From the NCBI RefSeq assembly GCF_003334385.1, contig NZ_QOWN01000015.1: a stretch of 64,000 nt of DNA. One strand, given 5' to 3'. The position numbers and the translations under genes are program-made. The stretch comes from Escherichia coli (GTDB lineage: Bacteria > Pseudomonadota > Gammaproteobacteria > Enterobacterales > Enterobacteriaceae). Shown piece by piece: positions 1-11,866 of the stretch. Below the pieces are notes generated by a model that was given only the letters and a program-made list of their open reading frames with translations, was not told the origin of the DNA and searched no databases. The stretch's first letter is position 1; the number at the start of each line of letters is the position of its first letter.

Positions 1-96
1 TTATCGTGAGAGTAATTCATCGGCACGTTAAATCATATCAGGCGTAATACCACAACCCTTAAGTTAGCGCTTATGGGCCTGCGCCCCACATCTGAA

Positions 97-2379
97 TCAG
101 AAATGCATATTGGCTGTGAGCAAGAAGGTTCTTGGCTCGCCCGGGTGATAACGGTAGCCGCTCTTGTTGATTGAGGCGACGTAATCGGTATCAAACAGGT
201 TGTAAACGTTTAGCTGGAAGTCGAGATTGCGATTAACTCGATACCCCAGTTTGGCATCGGCGACCCAGTAACCTTCGGTAAACGCTGGCGTTCCCACCGC
301 GCCGTCTGAACCTTTATGCATACTGCCGATATAGCGTGCGCCCGCGCCAACAGAGATATCGTCGGTTGCCTGATATTGGCTCCATAAGGTGAAGGCGTGC
401 TCCGGGGTATACGGCAGCGATGAGGAACCATCCTGGGCAACATCTTTGCCGTTTTTGATGGTTGCTTTTTGCTGGGTATAGCCGCCAATCACCTGCCACG
501 CGGGAGTGATATTCCCGGCCACGGATATCTCATAGCCTTCGACGCGTTTCTTACCGTATTGCGAGTAAGTTCCGTCATCATTTTGCTCAACTTCATTTTC
601 GATATCAGTGCGGAACAGCGCGGCGGTGAGCAACAGACGTTTATCCAGAACCTGCCATTTGGTGCCAATCTCGCTGGTGTTGGCTTTTTGCGGTTTAAAA
701 TCGGTGCGGTTGGCACTGTTACCGCTGCCAGACTGCGCAAGGGCGAAGTTGTTGCCGCCCGGAGGCTGCTGGGAAACGGCATAGTTAATATAGACATTGC
801 CGTTTTCCGTCAGGTGATACAGCGCCCCGGCTTTCCAGTTCATCAGATTGCCCGACTTGGCGGTGTCGACGGTGGTGACCGGAGAACCTTTTGCCACACC
901 AGTTGGGCAGGTGATGGCACCGCGTCCGCTGCCGCCGCAGGCGGTGGCACTGTCATATTCAGTATGATAATTATCCAGACGGATCCCGCCGTTCAGCTCA
1001 AAATCACGGGTGATTTGCAGCGTATCAAAGGCGTAAATTGCGAAGGTATCCGTCTGACCATTGGCGTTTGCGCCGTTGCGCGTCAGGCCGCCGGGATGAA
1101 TGCTGCTGTCAGGATGATAAATATTTACCGCGGGTAACGTCACCGGATTAACGCCGTAGTTAGTCTGCGTTTCACGGGTAAATTCCACGCCGGTACTGAC
1201 ATCATGACCGATAGAACCGGTATAGAACGTCGAGGTCAGGTTGGTCTGGTTGGTGAGAATTTTATTACTCACATCTTTGGTATTCGCCGTGCGTGACCAG
1301 GTCCAGCTATTCACATCGCTGGTGGGCTGAGTAATATTCGACGCCCCGCCCATAATCGCCGTCATCAGGTAATCCTGCTTTACGCGCGACCAACGGGTAG
1401 TATTGCGAATGGTGGTGTTATCGTTGATGTCGTGCTCAAAACGCATGGTGGCGGTGTCGGTGGTCGAATCGTCGTAATCGGAATCCGTGCCGTAAAAGTT
1501 ATGAGTATCAACTTTTCCGGAATGATTCAGGGCCGCCGTTCCCGCAGATGGGGCAGAATAGCCCGGCAAACCGATGGTCGGAATGCCGCCGTCTGGCGTG
1601 TTGTGCTGGGTGACATGCAGATAATTAAGATACAAACGATTCGCTGTACCAAGGCCAAAAGCGACAGAAGGGGCGACGCCGTAACGCTCATTTTTGACTT
1701 TGTCGCGTCCGGCATCGTGCGTTTTTTCGCCCATTACATTCAGGCGCACCGCGGTGGTATCACCAATGACCTGATTGACGTCCAGCGTGCCGCGGCGGAA
1801 CCAGGCGCTGCCAATACTGGCGGAGGCGTCAATGCCGGAATCATTGCGCGGCTGCTTGCTGATCATATTGATCGAGCCTGTCGGTGCGCTGCGCCCGTAG
1901 TCGGTGCCGGACGGCCCTTTAATCACTTCGACCTGCTCGGTATTGAAGGTGTCGCGCGAGACGCTGCCGATATCGCGAATGCCATCAATATAAATACTGT
2001 TAGAGGTATCGGCACCACGCATATAAATGGCGTCGCCAGTGGTGGAGTTACCGTTCTCACCCGCAAAAAACGCACCCACGCCGGGGACGTTTTTGAGCGC
2101 GTCGGTAAGGTTGGTTGCGCCCTGATCTTTAATCACTTGTTCAGAAATTACCGTCATCGTGCGGGTAGTATCCGCTACCGGACGCGAGAATTTCGGATCG
2201 GCAGATTGTTGTGGCGCATAAAGCGAAGGCGTTGATGCTTCGACAACCAGCGTGTCATCCGCGTTAGTTTGCCCTTCGGCGGCGAGTGCCTGAGCCACAG
2301 GCGTGATGCCAATACAAAGACCGGCAAAGAACGTGAGCGAATGAAATTGTCTGGCAGGGAAATTGCGATTGTTTTCCAT
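97..2379 (-). CDS. fiu: TonB-dependent outer-membrane catecholate siderophore receptor Fiu
   Basis: 760-aa ORF with signal peptide, TonB-box/plug region and C-terminal aromatic residue typical of TonB-dependent receptors; candidate Fur box upstream; recognised as E. coli Fiu. Confidence 0.93.
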   Translation of the reverse strand: MENNRNFPARQFHSLTFFAGLCIGITPVAQALAAEGQTNADDTLVVEASTPSLYAPQQSADPKFSRPVADTTRTMTVISEQVIKDQGATNLTDALKNVPGVGAFFAGENGNSTTGDAIYMRGADTSNSIYIDGIRDIGSVSRDTFNTEQVEVIKGPSGTDYGRSAPTGSINMISKQPRNDSGIDASASIGSAWFRRGTLDVNQVIGDTTAVRLNVMGEKTHDAGRDKVKNERYGVAPSVAFGLGTANRLYLNYLHVTQHNTPDGGIPTIGLPGYSAPSAGTAALNHSGKVDTHNFYGTDSDYDDSTTDTATMRFEHDINDNTTIRNTTRWSRVKQDYLMTAIMGGASNITQPTSDVNSWTWSRTANTKDVSNKILTNQTNLTSTFYTGSIGHDVSTGVEFTRETQTNYGVNPVTLPAVNIYHPDSSIHPGGLTRNGANANGQTDTFAIYAFDTLQITRDFELNGGIRLDNYHTEYDSATACGGSGRGAITCPTGVAKGSPVTTVDTAKSGNLMNWKAGALYHLTENGNVYINYAVSQQPPGGNNFALAQSGSGNSANRTDFKPQKANTSEIGTKWQVLDKRLLLTAALFRTDIENEVEQNDDGTYSQYGKKRVEGYEISVAGNITPAWQVIGGYTQQKATIKNGKDVAQDGSSSLPYTPEHAFTLWSQYQATDDISVGAGARYIGSMHKGSDGAVGTPAFTEGYWVADAKLGYRVNRNLDFQLNVYNLFDTDYVASINKSGYRYHPGEPRTFLLTANMHF

Positions 2380-2483
2380 TTTGCAGGTGACTTTTTCTTA
2401 TATGTTGAAATTTTCACTGCCACGAGAAAGCCTCTCTGCGGATGCGATGCCACTGTTAATCCCGTGATAGTGCTCGTGAAAGT

Positions 2484-2508
2484 GATAATAATTTTGATAA
2501 GCATTATC
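2484..2508. promoter_or_regulatory. Candidate Fur box in fiu promoter region (GATAATAATTTTGATAAGCATTATC)
   Basis: Three hexamers resembling the GATAAT repeat model of the Fur box, about 105-130 nt upstream of the fiu start codon; fiu is an iron-regulated receptor gene. Confidence 0.55.
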
Positions 2509-2643
2509 ACTTGGAGCGATTTTCTATCACCCATTGCGCGAAAAAGAAATACATTTATTTACATTGAGTTCATATTTGATGTTTTTTGATTACAAAACAG
2601 ACGAAAACTGCATCCAGAGGCGAATGCAGTTACGTTGGTGGGG

Positions 2644-2904
2644 TTATTTGTAGATGGTTGCAGTACCGAACATCTGGTCATTTCCGCCTGCGGAATTAAT
2701 GACATAACCTTTCGCGCCTTGTTCGCGCGCTTTTTCTGCCAGTTTATCCTCCAGATCGCTTAGGTTTGATGCGCCAGTTGCCGAAACGGTACCGGCGGGC
2801 CGTAGCTGACCGCTGTCCAGGTTACTCATCGGTTGCGCGGCATAAGCCGTGAGAGAGATTCCGCTCAGGACGGTGGCAATCAGTAGTGTGAGGCACTTTT
2901 TCAT
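2644..2904 (-). CDS. mcbA: Small periplasmic protein McbA (YbiM), 86 aa
   Basis: ORF track gives a 134-aa ORF; internal Met start MKKCLTLLIATVLSG with signal peptide matches the known 86-aa product. Confidence 0.75.
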   Translation of the reverse strand: MKKCLTLLIATVLSGISLTAYAAQPMSNLDSGQLRPAGTVSATGASNLSDLEDKLAEKAREQGAKGYVINSAGGNDQMFGTATIYK

Positions 2905-3179
2905 AATGACATCCTCATAAATACAACGGGTAGTGCCTGATAAGTGTAGGTCGCCTGCGCGATGCAAATGACGCAAAAAATTGACAGAGATGTGCTTATT
3001 TTTTGAACGATATATTTTTACAAAATAAGACAAATCAATGACATGCATAATGCTGATTTTTATGATGAATTGCCATAAACCATAGCCATGTTAAGGTTTT
3101 GGGGAATGATAAACGCAGCCAGATATTTACCCTGTCGCGTTATGCGGGTATCTTACGCCGCTGCTTAAAGGAGAATGCT

Positions 3180-4106
3180 ATGTCCGCCCAGAAACCGGGG
3201 TTGCATCCGCGCAACCGTCATCACAGCCGCTACGATCTCGCCACGCTTTGTCAGGTCAATCCTGAACTCAGGCAATTCCTCACGCTTACACCCGCCGGGG
3301 AGCAAAGCGTAGACTTTGCCAATCCGCTGGCGGTGAAGGCGCTCAATAAGGCGTTGCTGGCCCATTTTTACGCCGTAGCGAACTGGGATATCCCCGACGG
3401 TTTTCTCTGCCCACCAGTACCGGGCCGGGCGGATTATATTCATCACCTTGCCGATTTACTGGCAGAAGCAAGCGGAACAATTCCAGCGAATGCCAGCATT
3501 CTGGATATCGGCGTTGGTGCGAACTGTATTTATCCGCTGATTGGCGTACATGAATATGGCTGGCGTTTTACCGGTAGTGAAACCAGCAGCCAGGCGTTAA
3601 GCAGTGCGCAGGCGATTATCAGTTCTAATCCGGGGCTTAACCGCGCCATTCGTCTGCGTCGGCAAAAAGAGAGTGGGGCGATTTTTAACGGCATCATCCA
3701 TAAAAACGAGCAATACGACGCGACCTTGTGTAACCCGCCATTCCACGATTCCGCCGCTGCGGCACGGGCAGGTAGTGAGCGTAAACGCCGTAACCTGGGG
3801 CTGAACAAAGACGATGCACTGAACTTTGGCGGCCAGCAACAGGAGTTGTGGTGTGAAGGCGGTGAAGTCACCTTTATCAAAAAGATGATTGAAGAGAGCA
3901 AAGGCTTCGCGAAGCAGGTGATGTGGTTTACATCACTGGTATCTCGTGGTGAAAACTTACCGCCGTTGTATCGTGCCCTGACGGACGTGGGCGCGGTGAA
4001 GGTGGTTAAAAAAGAGATGGCCCAGGGGCAAAAGCAGAGTCGCTTTATTGCCTGGACCTTTATGAACGACGAGCAGCGCCGCCGTTTTGTCAATCGCCAG
4101 CGTTAA
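3180..4106 (+). CDS. rlmF: 23S rRNA m6A1618 methyltransferase RlmF
   Basis: 308-aa product starting [15 protein letters not shown] within ORF 3099..4106; SAM-dependent methyltransferase motifs ([16 protein letters not shown]). Confidence 0.88.
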
Positions 4107-6328
4107 AGCGTTGGTTCCCCCGGCGGTAACGGTTCAGCCGGGGTCGCGCCCGGAGCAGGCAGCACCTGATAAGTCTGCACTGGCGCGCGAACGCCCGCCA
4201 GGTCGAAATGTTTTTTCACCTGGCTGTCGAGGGCAAAGCGTACCGTCCACTGTTTGAGTGGCAGCGTGGTGAACGAAACACGCAGTGTAAACGCGGTATT
4301 GCTTAAGCCGACAATCCCGGCAAAATTCGGTTCACCAATAATCAGCCCGCGAATTTCTTCGTTTTCCATTAATTCCGCTACCGCATCTTTCAGTGCCTGA
4401 TTGGCTTTATCAGCATCTTCATGGCGATCAACATCATAATTTGCCACCACCGAACCAATGCCGCGGACAAAGTTAGCAAAGGTGGTTATCGAAGACCACG
4501 GAATGATGTGATACGCCCCGGTATCCTGTCGTACGCCCACGGAGCGAATCGACATCCGTTCCACTGTGCCGGTCAACGGCCCGATAGTCACCAAATCTCC
4601 AGTGTTCATGCCGTTTTCAAACTGAATAAATACCCCGGTGATAATATCTTTCACCAGCGTTTGCGAACCAAACGAGATAGCCAGACCTAATGCCCCGGCA
4701 CCTGCCAGCAATGGCGCGATATTGACGCCGATTTCCGACAACACAATCATGATGGTGATGGTACTGATAATCACCGCCAGCGCGTTACGAAACAGCGTAA
4801 GCAGGGTACGCGTGCGGGCGCTGGGTAGCGGGCGGCCATGAATATCCGAAGCCAGCCGGTTTTCGATCAAACTGGCGAGCACCGTCCAGCCAACCGCCGA
4901 GAAGAAAAGAATGAGTGCGATACGGATCAGGATATCTACGGTTTTCTGCCCCGCGCCGTTTTGCAGCCAGTTCCAGAAATCGAACAATCCCCATGCGCTC
5001 AACAGCAACATTACCGCCACGCAGACTGTCAGAATACGCGCCGTTTTCAGCGCCGCCGACAGCCAGCCATTCAACCGTTTTTGCAGCTCCGGATAGTTAC
5101 GCTGAGTATGTGGCGAGAGAGTGATGGTTTTCGCCAGCCAGCGGGAAAACATACCGGAAACAAACGCTGCGATACCAATAATCGCCAGGCTGCGCACCGT
5201 TGCACCCATCATAAATTTCAGGCTGTTGCCCGGATCGAACAACGAAAAGAAAAACAGCCCGATAAAATAGGCGCTTGCCAGCCAGTGCCACACCAGCGCA
5301 AAGGCGCGGATAAACAGGCTGAAAAAGGCCAGCGAATGCTCCGCGAAGTTGAGCAAATGCTGGGTAATCTCTTTTTTATTACGAAAGATCAGGTACAACG
5401 CCCAGACGGTCATGCACAGCATAATGATGACGTTCGCCAGCGCACCTATCTGTACATTCACCTGATTAGAGATAATCGGCACGGCCACAATCAGGCCATA
5501 ACCTATCAAACTGCTTAACCAGCTCAGGCGACGACTCCAGTAACGGGCGCTCTCGTCCTGAATCGTGAACGGGCGCAGCTCCGCCACGTTTGGGCAAAAA
5601 ATCAGGCGTAGTACGGCTTTGAAAAATTCAATGAGGGCAAAGGCGTTGAGAAACAAACTTTGTTGGAAAGCGATGGTGCGACTGCCTGCATTCAGGTTGT
5701 CGCTTAATACCTGGCCGACAAATAATGTCAGGGCCAGTAACAGCAGGTCGATAATAAACGCCCCGATAATCATCGCCGGAAGCTGCAACCAGTTGCTGCG
5801 CTCACGATTTTTTTGCCGCGCCCACTGACCCATTTTGCGATACAGCGGCAGTGCGCACAGGCGAATCAGCCAGTAAAAACCAAACACTAATACCGCTAAC
5901 ATTGAAAAATGGGTCAGCGCATTGCTGAAGGTTTGTGGATTAAACGGCTTATGCGGGGAGCCGGTGATATTGCGATAAAGTTGCCCGAAGCGGGCGGAAA
6001 GGGCTTCACCATAATGGCGGCTGACTTCGGTGACCTTTTGCAGCACGGTTTGCTCTTCGACCAGCGTCGGCGGCACTATTTTTGGTACCGGTTCAGCAGG
6101 GGGCGTAGCGGCAACGGTGCGCAACTGGTCGATCAACTCTTTACGCGAGGTGTCATTATCCAGCACATCCGCCAGTGCGCCATAGGCCGCTTTTTTTTGT
6201 TCGATATCCGGTTCCGGGGCCGGTTCAGTCGTTGAGTCCGTTGTCGTTGTGGTTGTAACGCCGGGTATGGATACCGCGTGGGCAGGTGCGCCCAGCAGGC
6301 AGAAGAGGATGAACAGGATCCACCGCAT
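4103..6328 (-). CDS. ybiO: MscS-family mechanosensitive channel YbiO
   Basis: ORF 4103..6355; start chosen at [18 protein letters not shown] (signal-like N-terminus); multiple TM segments and MscS-like C-terminal domain; stop codon overlaps rlmF stop. Confidence 0.85.
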
Positions 6329-6477
6329 GACTCCTCCAGTGAGAAAATAGAGCAAAAGATAAGTATAGATGCTGGAGGAGGGGCGATTTTAAATGAGAGG
6401 AATCTGGTGTGCCTCCCTTTCGGGTGAAAGGGAGGAAGGGATATTAAGCAGGTTGCTGACAACGTGCGGGCTTTTTT

Positions 6478-6577
6478 GCCGGATGCGGCGTGAACGCCTT
6501 ATCCGTCCTACAAGTTCATGCAATTTTAATAAGTTGCCAGATATCCTGTAGGCCTGATAAGCGTAGCGCATCAGGCA
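6478..6577. repeat. REP/BIME cluster (two inverted REP units) between glnQ and ybiO
   Basis: GCCGGATGCGGCGTGAACGCCTTATCCGTCCTACA and TGTAGGCCTGATAAGCGTAGCGCATCAGGCA, canonical E. coli REP sequences in inverted orientation. Confidence 0.8.
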
Positions 6578-6587
6578 ATGTGTCTTA

Positions 6588-7310
6588 TTAAGAGACGTGC
6601 TGCAAAAATTCCTGCAAGCGCTGGCTCGGCGGGTTCTTGATCAACACCTGCGGATTGCCATCTTCCGCAATCCGGCCTTTGTCGATAAAGATCAGCCGCG
6701 AAGCTACTTTCTCGGCAAAACCGATTTCGTGGGTCACGATCACCATCGTCATCCCTTCTTCAGCCAGATCCTGCATAACCTTCAGCACTTCATGGCGCAG
6801 TTCCGGGTCAAGAGCGGAAGTCGGTTCATCAAACAGCATCATTTTCGGCTTCACCGCCAGCGCGCGGGCAATCGCCACACGCTGCTGTTGACCACCAGAA
6901 AGTTCGGAAGGGTAGTGATGTGCACGTTCTGCCAGACCGACTTTCGCCAGCAGCTCACGTGCCAGTTTTTCCGCCTCTTCTTTGTTCGCGCCACGCACGC
7001 GTAGCGGGCCAAACATGACGTTTTCCAGCGCTGTCAGATGCGGGAAGAGGTAAAACTGCTGGAACACCATACCTGCTTCCTGGCGAATCAGGCGCTCGTC
7101 AACTTTCGGATCGTTAACCTTCAGGCCATCGACAATCAGATCGCCGGAGGTGATTTCTTCCAGTTTGTTGATGCAGCGCAGCAGGGTCGATTTACCGGAA
7201 CCGGACGGCCCGATAATCACCACGACTTCGCCCTGGGCAATGTTCAAATCGATATTGTGCAGCACCTGGGTTGGGCCAAAGTGCTTGGAGACGTTTTTAA
7301 ATTCAATCAC
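6588..7310 (-). CDS. glnQ: Glutamine ABC transporter ATP-binding protein GlnQ
   Basis: 240-aa ORF with Walker A (GPSGSGKST), ABC signature (LSGGQQQR) and Walker B ([10 protein letters not shown]). Confidence 0.95.
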
Positions 7311-7966
7311 AGGATTTTCATCCTTCTTTCCAGACGACGCAGAATAAAGCTCAGCACCAGGGTAATAATCAGATAGAACACCGCCACGGCGCTCCAGATC
7401 TCAAGGGCGCGGAAGTTACCGGCAATAATTTCTTGCCCCTGACGGGTCAGTTCCGCCACGCCGATCACAATAAACAGCGAGGTGTCTTTAATGCTGATGA
7501 TCCACTGGTTACCCAGCGGCGGCAGCATACGACGCAGTGCCAGCGGTAAAATGACGTAGCGAATGGTTTCCCAACGTGAAAGACCGAGCGCCAGTCCTGC
7601 TTCACGAAAACCTTTGTGGATAGACAGCACCGCACCACGCGTGATTTCCGCAATATACGCGCCGGAGTTGATCATGATGGTGACCACCGCCGCAGTAAAT
7701 GGGTCGATGCGTAAGTCGTTAAACGCCATCGGCAGGGCGAAATAAATAAACATCACCTGGACGACGATAGGTGTGCCGCGGATCACTTCAATAAAGACCA
7801 GCGCGACGTGGTTGGCTATCCAACCTCCGAAGGTGCGTGCAAAACCTGCCAGCAATCCGATTACCAGACCGCCTGCCAGACCGAGGACCGAAATCCACAG
7901 GGTCATTTTGGCACCTTCAATCAGAAGCGGAATGGCAGGCCAGATGGCACTCCAGTCAAACTGCAT
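7307..7966 (-). CDS. glnP: Glutamine ABC transporter permease GlnP
   Basis: 219-aa polar amino-acid permease; 4-nt overlap with glnQ start. Confidence 0.95.
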
Positions 7967-8016
7967 ATGTTGTTCCTGTTACCGTGGTGTAAATAATCAA
8001 ATTCAGGGTAATTAAT

Positions 8017-8078
8017 GGCCCCGGAGCGGGTTTGCGCCCCTCACCCTAATCCTCTCCCCATAGGGGAGAGGGAACTGC
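8017..8078. repeat. GC-rich palindromic element inside the glnH-glnP intergenic region (resembles the E. coli Box C repeat family)
   Basis: GGCCCCGGAGCGGGTTTGCGCCCCTCACCCTAATCCTCTCCCCATAGGGGAGAGGGAACTGCC with 9-bp stem CCTCTCCCC/GGGGAGAGG; family assignment is from memory of the consensus. Confidence 0.45.
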
Positions 8079-8104
8079 CAGTGCGTTTTACAGGTGTAGC
8101 GTTA

Positions 8105-8866
<762 letters not shown>

Positions 8867-8905
8867 CTATCCACGGGACGATCCCCTGCGTGACATTCAC
8901 ATATA

Positions 8906-8921
8906 TGAAAAAATCGTGCCA
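8906..8921 (-). promoter_or_regulatory. Candidate sigma54 promoter (glnHp2-like): TGGCACG-N4-TTTCA on minus strand
   Basis: Minus-strand TGGCACGATTTTTTCA about 55-70 nt upstream of glnH ATG; -24 element perfect, -12 element imperfect (TC instead of GC). Confidence 0.5.
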
Positions 8922-8994
8922 GTTTTGCAACTCCTTGATTTTTCGAGATGCGGCAAAAACGTGATGCACGATTTATAGGGCAATACCCTGAAGA

Positions 8995-9025
8995 TGCACC
9001 ATTCTGGGGCACCAATCTGGTGCGC
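8995..9025. promoter_or_regulatory. Candidate NtrC binding sites upstream of glnH (TGCACCATTCTGGGGCACCAATCTGGTGCGC)
   Basis: Dyad GCACCA-N3-TGGTGC at 9009..9023 matches the NtrC consensus TGCACCA-N3-TGGTGCA; second overlapping half-site pair just upstream. Confidence 0.55.
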
Positions 9026-9183
9026 TAAAATTGTGCACTCAACACAGTGATTATTTAGCGTAAAACCTGATGAAAAAACAATCTTTATGTAACGATTGTG
9101 TGATGATGTGGATACAAAAAATTTACTTAATCAGCTGGAGATAGCAGATGGATGCACTAAATAAGTGCGTTGAGGTGGGCTGC

Positions 9184-9216
9184 AAAACAAAACGGCCTCC
9201 TGTCAGGAAGCCGCTT
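9184..9216 (-). terminator. Rho-independent terminator downstream of dps
   Basis: Minus-strand GC-rich imperfect hairpin (CGGCTTCCTGACAGGAGGCCG) followed by UUUUGUUUUG. Confidence 0.6.
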
Positions 9217-9254
9217 TTATCGGGTACTAAAGTTCTGCACCATCAGCGATGGAT

Positions 9255-9902
<648 letters not shown>

Positions 9903-10018
9903 TTAGATATATTGATAAGAACAATTCTTATTTATCTGCTCGCCAGGAATTTTCGGAATAAATATGCTTTTGCATAATTCGATATATAAAGACGGTGTAG
10001 AGGAAAAGTAGCGAGAAA

Positions 10019-10048
10019 TTCTGCATGGTTATGCATAACCATGCAGAA
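10019..10048 (-). terminator. Perfect 30-bp palindromic hairpin immediately 3' of rhtA (likely rhtA terminator)
   Basis: TTCTGCATGGTTA-TGCA-TAACCATGCAGAA: 13-bp perfect stem, 4-nt palindromic loop, 9 nt downstream of the rhtA stop; moderately U-rich tail on minus strand. Confidence 0.5.
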
Positions 10049-10056
10049 ATGTAAAT

Positions 10057-10944
10057 TTAATTAATGTCTAATTCTTTTATTTTGCTCTCTTTGCGTACTG
10101 TCAGCGTAGACCCCATTGAAGCGGCGATGATAGCGCCGAGCGCCAGTAGCTGTATGGGTGTCAGTGTTTCTCCGAGGAAAATCATCCCGGAAACGGCAGC
10201 CAGCGCCGGTTCCATGCTCATCAGCGTACCAAATGTCCGTGTTGGCAAACGGGTGAGGGCAATCATTTCCAGCGAATAAGGCAGAGCGGTCGAGAGAATA
10301 GCGACAGCCAGACCCAATGGAATAACCGACCAGTGCCAGAGTGCTTCACCAGCCTGAAGCGCTCCAATTGGCACGAAAATTAACGCTGCAATCAACGAAC
10401 CAATTGCCACCGTCGCAGGGCCATGTTCCGCTCCTGCGCGTTGCCCACTTAAAATGTAAATAGCCCAACAAGCCCCGGCCCCCAGTGCCAGCGCACAGCC
10501 GGTTAAATCGACATGGGAAACGTCTTGCCCCAGCGGTAGCAGGAACCACAGACCAAGAACCGCTAGCACAACCCAGACGAAATCTACCGGGCGACGAGAA
10601 GAGAACAGCGCCACCGCCAGTGGTCCGGTGAACTCCAGCGCCACCGCAATACCCAGCGGTACTGTCTGAATAGAAAGATAAAAAAGATAATTCATCCCAC
10701 CCAGCGAAACGCCGTAAAACAACAGCGGTAACCGTTGCTCTTTGGCAAAGCGCAGTCGCCATGGCTTAAAGAACGCGATGAGGATCAGCGTTCCTAATGC
10801 CAGACGCAGCGCAGTGACACCCGGTGCGCCCACCAGAGGAAAAAGTGACTTAGCTAACGAGGCTCCACCCTGAATAGACGCCATGGCAACGAGCAATATG
10901 ACTATTGGTAACCAGACCGGCATTTTACGTAATGAACCAGGCAT
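10057..10944 (-). CDS. rhtA: Threonine/homoserine exporter RhtA (DMT family)
   Basis: 295-aa product starting MPGSLRKMPVWLPIV within ORF 10057..10956; 10-TM EamA-like protein. Confidence 0.9.
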   Translation of the reverse strand: MPGSLRKMPVWLPIVILLVAMASIQGGASLAKSLFPLVGAPGVTALRLALGTLILIAFFKPWRLRFAKEQRLPLLFYGVSLGGMNYLFYLSIQTVPLGIAVALEFTGPLAVALFSSRRPVDFVWVVLAVLGLWFLLPLGQDVSHVDLTGCALALGAGACWAIYILSGQRAGAEHGPATVAIGSLIAALIFVPIGALQAGEALWHWSVIPLGLAVAILSTALPYSLEMIALTRLPTRTFGTLMSMEPALAAVSGMIFLGETLTPIQLLALGAIIAASMGSTLTVRKESKIKELDIN

Positions 10945-11296
10945 CCTTTCTCCCACAAATATCTAGACTTAAGTAAAGCGTGGAGTGTACTGGATATACC
11001 CAATGCTGGTTGAGCATTTGTTGAAAAAATTTTCCCCCGTTTTGACTAAAATGCGCCAGGATTGATGGAATCATTAGTCTGGTGATTAGGAATAATCTGG
11101 ATGAATGACAGGGAAAACATGCGTAATACTTACGCAGTTCTCTGAAAAAGTGATTTAAATTTAGATGGATAGCGGTGTATGGAAACGTTCTGTTACATGA
11201 AATGGCCCGTTAGACATCACAAATCGCGAAGAGTTTCCCATTAATTTTTGATATATTTAAAACTTAGGACTTATTTGAATCACATTTGAGGTGGTT

Positions 11297-11812
11297 ATGA
11301 AAAAAATTGCATGTCTTTCAGCACTGGCCGCAGTTCTGGCTTTCACCGCAGGTACTTCCGTAGCTGCGACTTCTACTGTAACTGGCGGTTACGCACAGAG
11401 CGACGCTCAGGGCCAAATGAACAAAATGGGCGGTTTCAACCTGAAATACCGCTATGAAGAAGACAACAGCCCGCTGGGTGTGATCGGTTCTTTCACTTAC
11501 ACCGAGAAAAGCCGTACTGCAAGCTCTGGTGACTACAACAAAAACCAGTACTACGGCATCACTGCTGGTCCGGCTTACCGCATTAACGACTGGGCAAGCA
11601 TCTACGGTGTAGTGGGTGTGGGTTATGGTAAATTCCAGACCACTGAATACCCGACCTACAAACACGACACCAGCGACTACGGTTTCTCCTACGGTGCGGG
11701 TCTGCAGTTCAACCCGATGGAAAACGTTGCTCTGGACTTCTCTTACGAGCAGAGCCGTATTCGTAGCGTTGACGTAGGCACCTGGATTGCCGGTGTTGGT
11801 TACCGCTTCTAA
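11297..11812 (+). CDS. ompX: Outer membrane protein X
   Basis: 171-aa product MKKIACLSALAAVLAFTAGTSVA...; 8-strand beta-barrel family, C-terminal YRF. Confidence 0.95.
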   Translation: MKKIACLSALAAVLAFTAGTSVAATSTVTGGYAQSDAQGQMNKMGGFNLKYRYEEDNSPLGVIGSFTYTEKSRTASSGDYNKNQYYGITAGPAYRINDWASIYGVVGVGYGKFQTTEYPTYKHDTSDYGFSYGAGLQFNPMENVALDFSYEQSRIRSVDVGTWIAGVGYRF

Positions 11813-11825
11813 TCACTTTGGTGAT

Positions 11826-11866
11826 ATAAAAAATCCGCCTCTCGGGGCGGATTTTTGTTTTTAAGG
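11826..11866. terminator. Bidirectional rho-independent terminator between ompX and opgE
   Basis: AAAAAATCCGCCTCTCGGGGCGGATTTTTGTTTTT: GC stem with A-run upstream and T-run downstream; T-run overlaps opgE stop codon. Confidence 0.75.

Noticed and set aside
1-20. Possible 5' end of a minus-strand gene downstream of fiu (ybiX-like) at the window edge
   Set aside because: Only about 6 codons are inside the window and there is no convincing Shine-Dalgarno sequence; too little sequence to support a call.
469-1137. 222-aa plus-strand ORF (and several 60-100 aa ORFs) lying antisense inside fiu
   Set aside because: Entirely contained within the well-supported fiu coding region on the opposite strand; Gly/Ala-rich low-complexity translation typical of antisense frames in GC-rich genes. 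The same reasoning applies to antisense ORFs inside ybiT (16813..17607), ybiW (21933..22451, 22959..23558), ybiO (4838..5518), potG (56348..56836) and others in the track.
2269-2589. 106-aa plus-strand ORF spanning the fiu start and promoter
   Set aside because: Overlaps the fiu 5' end and Fur-box region; AT-rich, no ribosome-binding site, hydrophobic low-complexity translation.
6402-6425. Hairpin CCTCCCTTTCGGGTGAAAGGGAGG upstream of ybiO as a terminator or riboswitch
   Set aside because: Perfect 9-bp stem but no U-tract on either strand and no extended conserved structure; most likely part of the ybiO 5' leader or promoter region, function not inferable.
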